Made by a program: the position numbers and the translations under genes
Shown here: positions 57,351 to 64,000 of the stretch, in pieces
Position numbering within the stretch: the stretch's first letter is position 1
Layout of the letters: each line of letters starts with the position of its first letter
Virus record (IMG/VR): IMGVR_UViG_3300032285_003957
Span: 160,001-224,000 of that record
Strand: one strand, 5' to 3'
DNA from: a virus
Taxonomy: Duplodnaviria > Caudoviricetes
DNA: 64,000 nucleotides
Notes under the pieces: generated by a model
The model's input: the letters and a program-made list of their open reading frames with translations, nothing else
The model's database searches: none
Told to the model about the DNA's origin: nothing

Positions 57351-60300
57351 ATGCCAAACAACAATCAATTCAAAGTCAAAAACGGACTTGTCGTATCCGG
57401 CAGTTCGCAAATCTCAGGTTCTCTTGCAGTCACAGGTGGTGCAATTAGCGGCGACGGTTCTCAATTATATAATATTCCCGCAGCAGGTGTAGTAGGTTTA
57501 CAACTTAATCAAATATTAAGTAGTAATGTCAGTGCATCTATATCATCAGTAAGAGGCTTTCAAATTAATACAAATACTGCTGTAACAGGTTCATTAAATG
57601 TTACAGGTAGTTTAAATATAAACGGAACATCATATACCGCCGCCACATCAGGAACATCTGGTACTAGTGGAACATCAGGCACAGCAGGAACTTCAGGTAG
57701 TGATGGATCTTCAGGAACTTCTGGTACAAGTGGTAGTTCAGGTTCATCGGGAACTAGTGGAACATCTGGAACAAGTGGTTCATCAGGTAGTTCTGGTACT
57801 GGTGGAACGTCAGGTAGTTCGGGAACGTCAGGAACATCAGGTAGTGACGGGTCTTCAGGAACTTCTGGTACAAGTGGAACATCAGGTAGTTCTGGTTCAA
57901 GTGGCTCATCAGGAACTTCTGGTACTAGTGGAACATCAGGTAGCTCTGGTTCAAGTGGTTCTTCAGGAACATCGGGTTCTTCAGGTAGTTCAGGTTCTAG
58001 TGGAACGTCAGGAACTAGTGGTAGTTCAGGGACTGCGGGAACAAGTGGTTCATCAGGAACATCCGGTACGAGTGGCACAGCGGGAACTAGCGGTAGTTCA
58101 GGAACAAGTGGAACAGCAGGAACATCTGGAACAAGCGGATCTTCAGGTACAAGTGGAACATCAGGAACATCAGGTTCAAGCGGTAGTTCAGGGACGTCTG
58201 GTACATCAGGAACCTCAGGTAGCTCAGGAACATCTGGCACATCGGGAAGTAGTGGTTCTTCGGGAACTGTTACGATGTCAGGAACTCTTGATAACGGATT
58301 ACTAACATTAAATGGCTCATCACCAAATGTAACAGTTGAAAATAATTTATCTTTTGATGGTAACAACTTATCATTAACAGGTAGTCAAACAATTACAGGT
58401 GATTTAACTGTTCAAGGTAATTTTACTGCTAAACAAATTATTATTAGTTCTTCTGTTTTATTTGCTACCGAGTCATATGCTTCAGGTTCACATTCATTTG
58501 GTAATAGCTTTGATGATTATCATAATTTTACAGGGTCTGTTTACATAACAGGTGCTTTACAAATACCAAAAGCATCATCAAACCCTATTGGAACAGTTGA
58601 GGGGCAATTATATTACAATACAAACGATACAAACATTTATAGATATAATGGTTCGACTTGGTTAGCGGCCGCAGGAACATCTGGTACAAGCGGAACAGCA
58701 GGAACAAGTGGAACTTCGGGTAGTTCGGGTTCATCAGGAACTAGTGGAACATCTGGTAGTTCAGGTAGTTCTGGTACATCAGGAACTTCAGGAACTTCCG
58801 GCACAAGCGGTAGTTCAGGAACGTCGGGGACTGCGGGAACATCAGGAACATCTGGTAGCTCAGGAACAAGTGGAACATCTGGTACTAGTGGTAGTTCAGG
58901 TTCCAGTGGAACGAGCGGAACATCAGGAACATCAGGTTCAAGCGGATCTTCGGGAACAAGTGGTAGTTCAGGTTCTAGTGGAACATCAGGAAGCTCTGGC
59001 ACAAGTGGAACATCAGGAAGTAGTGGTTCAAGTGGAAGCTCAGGTTCTTCCGGTACAAGTGGAACATCAGGTTCTTCCGGTACGAGTGGAACTTCAGGAA
59101 CAAGTGGTAGTTCAGGTTCTAGTGGAACATCAGGAAGCTCTGGCACAAGTGGAACATCAGGAAGTAGTGGTTCAAGCGGAAGTTCAGGTTCTTCAGGAAG
59201 TTCCGGTACGAGTGGAACAGCAGGAACATCTGGTTCAAGCGGTAGTTCAGGTTCTTCCGGTACAAGTGGAACATCAGGCACAAGTGGCTCATCAGGTTCT
59301 TCAGGAAGTTCAGGTTCTAGTGGAACATCAGGAAGCTCTGGCACAAGCGGTAGTTCAGGTTCTTCTGGAACAAGTGGTAGTTCGGGTTCTTCAGGAAGTT
59401 CCGGTACTAGTGGAACGAGTGGTTCTTCCGGTTCGTCAGGAACATCGGGCACAAGTGGCTCATCAGGTTCTTCGGGTAGCTCCGGTTCATCAGGAAGCTC
59501 TGGTACAAGTGGTTCAAGCGGAAGTTCAGGCTCATCAGGAACTAGCGGAACATCTGGCAGCTCAGGCTCATCAGGAACATCTGGTTCAAGCGGTAGTTCA
59601 GGTTCTTCAGGTTCTAGTGGTAGCTCGGGAACATCAGGAACAAGCGGAACCTCTGTTTCAATATCGGGAACACAAAATACGGTAGTTAAATTTGCATCAG
59701 CAACAGGAATTACTAATTCAAATATAACAGATAATGGTTCTTTAGTTAATATTGCATCAAACACAAATATTACAGGTTCTTTACTTATCACACAAAACTT
59801 AACAGTATTAGGTTCGTCATCAATATTCTATGCAACAGCATCTCAATTAAATGTATCGAATAATATTATAACTGTTAATAACTCAACACCAAGTGTTAGA
59901 TTTGGGGGTTTAGCCGCAATTGATAGTGGTTCAAATCCCACAGTATCAGGTTCATTACTATTTGATTCAGTTGATAATGAGTGGATATTTGTTCATCAAA
60001 TAACATCAGGCGCTGCGATAACATCATCAACAATGATAACCGCACCTGAAACATATAATAACGTTGGTAATGAAACACATTTAACTAATAATCGTTTAAC
60101 AAAGGCATCAAATGGTTTTCATATAAATGATTCGAATATTACTGACGACGGAACAAAAGTTTCAATAAATTCAAATACAGAAGTTACAGGTTCATTAAGA
60201 ATAACAAACAGTGCTTATGTAACAGGAAGTTTATATATCAATGGAACTTCATATACTGCAGCAACATCAGGAACTAGTGGAACATCGGGAAGTTCTGGTA

Positions 60301-63300
60301 CAAGTGGAACAAGCGGTAGCTCAGGAACGTCTGGTACAAGTGGTTCATCGGGTAGTTCTGGAACAGCAGGAACGTCAGGTTCTAGTGGTAGTTCTGGTAC
60401 AAGTGGAACAAGCGGTAGCTCAGGAACTTCTGGCACAAGTGGTTCATCAGGAAGCTCTGGTACATCAGGAACGTCAGGTTCTAGTGGTAGTTCTGGAACA
60501 GCAGGAACGTCAGGTTCTAGCGGTAGTTCAGGAACAAGTGGTAGTTCGGGTTCATCAGGAAGTTCTGGCACAAGTGGTTCATCGGGTAGTAGCGGTTCAT
60601 CAGGCACATCTGGAACAAGTGGTTCGTCAGGTAGTTCGGGAACAAGTGGGACATCTGGTTCAAGCGGTAGCTCGGGTTCATCAGGTAGTTCAGGCACAAG
60701 TGGCACAGCGGGAACAAGTGGTAGCTCTGGTTCAAGCGGTAGTAGTGGAACATCAGGAAGTTCTGGGTCTAGTGGAACCGCAGGAACGTCAGGTTCAAGT
60801 GGTAGTTCAGGTTCATCGGGAACTAGTGGTAGTTCAGGTTCTTCAGGAACGGCAGGTTCTTCTGGAACAAGTGGTAGTTCAGGAACATCTATTACAACAT
60901 CAGGAACAGCAAATACGTTAGTTAAATTTGCAACCACATCGACAGTTGGAAATTCAAATATATCAGATAATGGAACAACAGTAACAATCAATTCAAATAC
61001 CGATGTTACAGGTTCATTATCAATTTATGGTTCTTTAGATTTAAGAAATACATCTATATTCAATAGAAACACAAACTATCTACACACACAAAGTGTTGCG
61101 AATACAACATGGTCTGTGAACCATAATTTAGGATATCTTTATCCAAATGTTGTTGTTTATGACGGCACAAACAACGTAATGATTCCTGATACAATCGTAT
61201 CTGTTGATGGTAATAACACAACAATTACATTTGTATCTGCTGAAAGTGGTTATTCATTAATCTCGGTAGGTGGTCAAACAGTTGGAACATCAGGAACATC
61301 AGGTTCGTCAGGTATTGGTTCATCAGGGACTGCAGGAACAAGTGGTAGTTCGGGTTCATCAGGAACGAGTGGAACCTCGGGTAGTTCAGGTACTAGCGGA
61401 ACTTCAGGTAGTAGTGGTTCAAGTGGCTCATCAGGGACTTCTGGTACAAGTGGTTCATCGGGTAGTTCAGGTTCAACAGGAACTTCAGGAACTTCAGGTT
61501 CAAGCGGTAGTAGTGGAACTTCAGGTAGCTCTGGTTCTAGTGGAACATCAGGCACAAGTGGAACTCTAACATTAAGTGGAAATTTTGACAATGGTATAAT
61601 AACATTAAATTACTTAGCACCTCAAGCGACAGTTGAATCCAATATGTCATTTGATGGTAGCACAATGAATATCACAGGTAGTGGTGTTGTAAGTGGTGAC
61701 TTTAAAGTTGGTGGTAATTTAACCGCTAAACAATTTATAGTTTCTTCTTCAGTATTATATGTTACAGAATCATTTGCATCAGGTTCACATAACTTTGGTG
61801 ACACTTTTGATGATTTCCATAACTTTACGGGTTCTGTTTATATAACAGGCACACTTGTTCTTCCAAAATATTCATCAAATCCGCCATTTGCAACAGGACC
61901 AATTGGTGCTGTAATTTATAATACAAGTGATGGTAACATATACAGACACATAGGTGCAGGTTTATGGTCATCGGCAGCAGGTTCTTCAGGAACATCTGGT
62001 ACAAGTGGAACATCGGGAACAAGTGGAACTAGTGGTAGTTCAGGTTCATCGGGAAGTTCTGGTACAAGTGGTAGTTCAGGTTCAAACGGTTCTTCTGGTA
62101 CAAGTGGAACCTCTGGTTCTAGCGGGTCATCAGGTTCATCGGGAACCTCAGGTTCATCAGGAAGTTCTGGTTCTTCAGGAACTAGTGGTAGTTCAGGTAG
62201 TTCAGGAACGGCAGGTTCATCAGGCTCAAGCGGTTCTTCCGGAACAAGTGGTTCATCAGGAAGTTCGGGTTCATCTGGAAGTTCGGGAACTAGTGGAACA
62301 TCAGGTTCAAGTGGTAGTAGTGGTTCATCAGGAACAAGTGGTTCATCAGGTAATTCTGGAACATCAGGAACAAGTGGTTCATCAGGTAATTCTGGAACAT
62401 CAGGAACATCAGGTTCAAGCGGTGTTAATGGTAGCTCAGGAACAAGCGGTAGCTCGGGTGTTAACGGTTCTTCAGGAACATCGGGTTCATCAGGTGTATC
62501 AGGAACAAGCGGTTCTTCAGGAACATCATTTGCTAACACATATGGAATTAACCAAAACTTAGGAACGAGTAACTCACCAACATTCGCGGGAGCAACGTTC
62601 AATGGTAATTTAACTTTAAATACACCAACAAGTGTTACTTCCGTAACTTCATTATTACCATCAACTGCTTTGATGAGTTCACCATCAATCAATGTTGGAA
62701 GTTCGGCGGCATTTGTTCCATATACACATCAAAGAGCACAGTATAGTGGGGGTTATGTCACTCACGTTTCAACAGGGATTATAAAGGATGCAAGTGGATG
62801 GAGTGCAGGTTGGTACATGGCAATAGGTGGTAGTGATAGTTACCCTACTGAATATTTTAGATTAAATTACGGTGGTGGAATAACACACAGCAACGGCTCA
62901 ACTTTTTTAAGTTCGGCTAACTATAATTCATGGGCGATGTCAGGTGCAGGATATTCTGCAAACCAAAACCTAAACACATCAAATAACGTATCTTTTGCTA
63001 GAGCAACATTAACAGATGGGACTAATAGTATCAGTATCGGTCAATGGGATGGTTCAACAAATAGGATTGAAAGTGCGGGTAGAGCTCTTTTCTTAACATC
63101 ATATACGTCAGGAGTTTATTTTGGTATGAGTGGTAGTGTGAATTACATTATGAATGGATCAGCATTATACCCTAACACGAATAATGCGTATTCATTAGGA
63201 ACAGCAACATACGCTTGGTCTAACATTTACACGAATGACTTACATTTAAGTAATATGACTAAAGAAGGTGGTAATGATGTTGATGGAACAAATGGTAATT

Positions 63301-63389
63301 GGACAATACAAGAAGGAGAAGAAAACTTATATATTATCAATAATAGAAACGGTAAGAAATTTAAAATTGATTTAACAGAAATAAAGTAA
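57351..63389 (+). CDS. 2012-aa collagen-like (Gly-Ser/Thr) fibre protein
   Basis: Five G-X-Y arrays separated by beta modules. The C-terminal NDLHLSN...NDVDGTNGNWTIQEGEENLY..N..NGKKFK resembles termini of T4-like cyanophage/pelagiphage fibres. Confidence 0.8.
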   Translation: MPNNNQFKVKNGLVVSGSSQISGSLAVTGGAISGDGSQLYNIPAAGVVGLQLNQILSSNVSASISSVRGFQINTNTAVTGSLNVTGSLNINGTSYTAATSGTSGTSGTSGTAGTSGSDGSSGTSGTSGSSGSSGTSGTSGTSGSSGSSGTGGTSGSSGTSGTSGSDGSSGTSGTSGTSGSSGSSGSSGTSGTSGTSGSSGSSGSSGTSGSSGSSGSSGTSGTSGSSGTAGTSGSSGTSGTSGTAGTSGSSGTSGTAGTSGTSGSSGTSGTSGTSGSSGSSGTSGTSGTSGSSGTSGTSGSSGSSGTVTMSGTLDNGLLTLNGSSPNVTVENNLSFDGNNLSLTGSQTITGDLTVQGNFTAKQIIISSSVLFATESYASGSHSFGNSFDDYHNFTGSVYITGALQIPKASSNPIGTVEGQLYYNTNDTNIYRYNGSTWLAAAGTSGTSGTAGTSGTSGSSGSSGTSGTSGSSGSSGTSGTSGTSGTSGSSGTSGTAGTSGTSGSSGTSGTSGTSGSSGSSGTSGTSGTSGSSGSSGTSGSSGSSGTSGSSGTSGTSGSSGSSGSSGSSGTSGTSGSSGTSGTSGTSGSSGSSGTSGSSGTSGTSGSSGSSGSSGSSGSSGTSGTAGTSGSSGSSGSSGTSGTSGTSGSSGSSGSSGSSGTSGSSGTSGSSGSSGTSGSSGSSGSSGTSGTSGSSGSSGTSGTSGSSGSSGSSGSSGSSGTSGSSGSSGSSGTSGTSGSSGSSGTSGSSGSSGSSGSSGSSGTSGTSGTSVSISGTQNTVVKFASATGITNSNITDNGSLVNIASNTNITGSLLITQNLTVLGSSSIFYATASQLNVSNNIITVNNSTPSVRFGGLAAIDSGSNPTVSGSLLFDSVDNEWIFVHQITSGAAITSSTMITAPETYNNVGNETHLTNNRLTKASNGFHINDSNITDDGTKVSINSNTEVTGSLRITNSAYVTGSLYINGTSYTAATSGTSGTSGSSGTSGTSGSSGTSGTSGSSGSSGTAGTSGSSGSSGTSGTSGSSGTSGTSGSSGSSGTSGTSGSSGSSGTAGTSGSSGSSGTSGSSGSSGSSGTSGSSGSSGSSGTSGTSGSSGSSGTSGTSGSSGSSGSSGSSGTSGTAGTSGSSGSSGSSGTSGSSGSSGTAGTSGSSGSSGSSGTSGSSGSSGTAGSSGTSGSSGTSITTSGTANTLVKFATTSTVGNSNISDNGTTVTINSNTDVTGSLSIYGSLDLRNTSIFNRNTNYLHTQSVANTTWSVNHNLGYLYPNVVVYDGTNNVMIPDTIVSVDGNNTTITFVSAESGYSLISVGGQTVGTSGTSGSSGIGSSGTAGTSGSSGSSGTSGTSGSSGTSGTSGSSGSSGSSGTSGTSGSSGSSGSTGTSGTSGSSGSSGTSGSSGSSGTSGTSGTLTLSGNFDNGIITLNYLAPQATVESNMSFDGSTMNITGSGVVSGDFKVGGNLTAKQFIVSSSVLYVTESFASGSHNFGDTFDDFHNFTGSVYITGTLVLPKYSSNPPFATGPIGAVIYNTSDGNIYRHIGAGLWSSAAGSSGTSGTSGTSGTSGTSGSSGSSGSSGTSGSSGSNGSSGTSGTSGSSGSSGSSGTSGSSGSSGSSGTSGSSGSSGTAGSSGSSGSSGTSGSSGSSGSSGSSGTSGTSGSSGSSGSSGTSGSSGNSGTSGTSGSSGNSGTSGTSGSSGVNGSSGTSGSSGVNGSSGTSGSSGVSGTSGSSGTSFANTYGINQNLGTSNSPTFAGATFNGNLTLNTPTSVTSVTSLLPSTALMSSPSINVGSSAAFVPYTHQRAQYSGGYVTHVSTGIIKDASGWSAGWYMAIGGSDSYPTEYFRLNYGGGITHSNGSTFLSSANYNSWAMSGAGYSANQNLNTSNNVSFARATLTDGTNSISIGQWDGSTNRIESAGRALFLTSYTSGVYFGMSGSVNYIMNGSALYPNTNNAYSLGTATYAWSNIYTNDLHLSNMTKEGGNDVDGTNGNWTIQEGEENLYIINNRNGKKFKIDLTEIK
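57648..62528 (+). repeat. Five Gly-X-Y (GTS/GSS) coding arrays: ~57648-58268, 58674-59654, 60267-60890, 61284-61566, 61980-62528
   Basis: Gly at every third residue; includes an exact 80-nt duplication (58953-59032 = 59097-59176). Confidence 0.95.
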
Positions 63390-63428
63390 ACTACATTATT
63401 AAATAAAAAAATATTATTTTAAATAGGA

Positions 63429-64000
63429 ATGCCATTATATATTAAGAACAATAAAATTATAAGCTCAAATGATATTACGAGTGGCGGTGTTTTTAGAACA
63501 AGAATACCTAAAGACCGTTTAAAATTACATTTAGATGCTGGCGACATTGATTCATATTCAGGTAGTGGTTCGGTGTGGTATGATTTGAGCGGTAATGGTT
63601 ATAATTTTACAATTAATTCATCCGCATATAATTCATCAGGTCCAAAATATATGGATTTTAATGGTTCATATGGTTGTGCAAAAATTGGAACCGACGTTCC
63701 AATTTCAGGTGATGTGACATGTGTTTGTTGGACAAGAATTAAAAATAGCACGGCAGAATGGCGAACATTATTAAGAGGACTATCTTCAGGTGCAGACCAT
63801 CAAGTTATTGTTCAATCAGGTGGGTGGGCAATTGGTATGTATGATAACACTAATGGAACTGGTTTTAATAATTCAGGACTTAGCCAACAAAGCTTACCTG
63901 GTTATGGAACAAGCACATGGGTTTTTATGGTATGGACTTGGCATGATAGTGAAAAACCATATTATGTTTTATCATATAATAATCTTATCGGTTCAACAAA
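63429..64000 (+). CDS. LamG/concanavalin A-like lectin domain protein (partial, runs off the window; absent from the ORF track)
   Basis: MPLYIKNNK...LKLHLDAGDIDSYSGSGSVWYDLSGNG...MDFNGS is a typical phage LamG-domain start. Confidence 0.8.
   Translation, partial: MPLYIKNNKIISSNDITSGGVFRTRIPKDRLKLHLDAGDIDSYSGSGSVWYDLSGNGYNFTINSSAYNSSGPKYMDFNGSYGCAKIGTDVPISGDVTCVCWTRIKNSTAEWRTLLRGLSSGADHQVIVQSGGWAIGMYDNTNGTGFNNSGLSQQSLPGYGTSTWVFMVWTWHDSEKPYYVLSYNNLIGST

Noticed and set aside
57560-62692. Long minus-strand ORFs (VPELPDEP...) and off-frame plus-strand ORFs (QVVQEHQ...)
   Set aside because: Shadows of the GTS/GSS repeat, whose codons lack stops in other frames.
63180-63389. Peptidase S74 autocleaving chaperone at the fibre C-terminus
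   Set aside because: The SD.RLK.NI motif is absent; the terminus is of the DLHLSN...WTIQEGE type.
47603-64000. Diversity-generating retroelement acting on the Mtd-N-like or lectin genes
   Set aside because: No reverse transcriptase and no template/variable repeat pair with adenine-specific mismatches seen in the window; one elsewhere in the genome cannot be excluded.
1-64000. Alternative genetic code (stop-codon reassignment)
   Set aside because: Standard code 11 gives long intact genes at high coding density, and TAG/TGA do not interrupt conserved proteins.
1-64000. Eukaryotic giant virus or bacterial chromosome
   Set aside because: Baseplate genes, bacterial sigma/NusG/ClpP, operon-like coupling and the absence of housekeeping operons indicate a bacteriophage.

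Overview
This window is an AT-rich, almost entirely + strand fragment of a very large tailed phage genome (jumbo/megaphage type, contractile tail). The host is most likely Bacteroidota: ClpP and the sigma factor are Bacteroidota-like, SprB-type repeats are present, starts are A-rich without Shine-Dalgarno sequences, and there are TAnnTTTG-like promoters. Layout: (1) 1-25.5 kb holds baseplate/tail structural genes (gp25-like end, gp6/J-like wedge, tail-I-like and tail-collar-like proteins), several with Pro/Thr mucin-like stalks and paired-Cys tip domains. (2) 25.5-33.4 kb is replication/recombination: RuvC-like resolvase, primase, PD-(D/E)XK nuclease, and Mre11 and Rad50 separated by a four-gene block that includes a putative restriction-modification pair. 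(3) 33.4-47.5 kb holds host-like and accessory genes: ClpP, membrane proteins, sigma-70, a degenerate amidase, probable internal head proteins, an Hc1-like protein, NusG, an AAA ATPase, thioredoxin and glutaredoxin. (4) 47.6-64 kb is a fibre cluster with a pirin gene and a 2012-aa protein that is about half Gly-X-Y (Ser/Thr) collagen-like repeat. Strongest leads: a pervasive [S/T]-G-x-T / [S/T]-G-S motif in virion proteins, a likely -1 frameshift at an A10 run (38314-38323), a candidate ~75-nt small RNA, a recurrent TATTTATA late-promoter motif, an Mre11/Rad50 pair with the Mre11 C-terminal part apparently moved onto Rad50, and a palindrome-packed leader at 54521-54585. All family assignments come from motif recognition by eye; no database searches were run.
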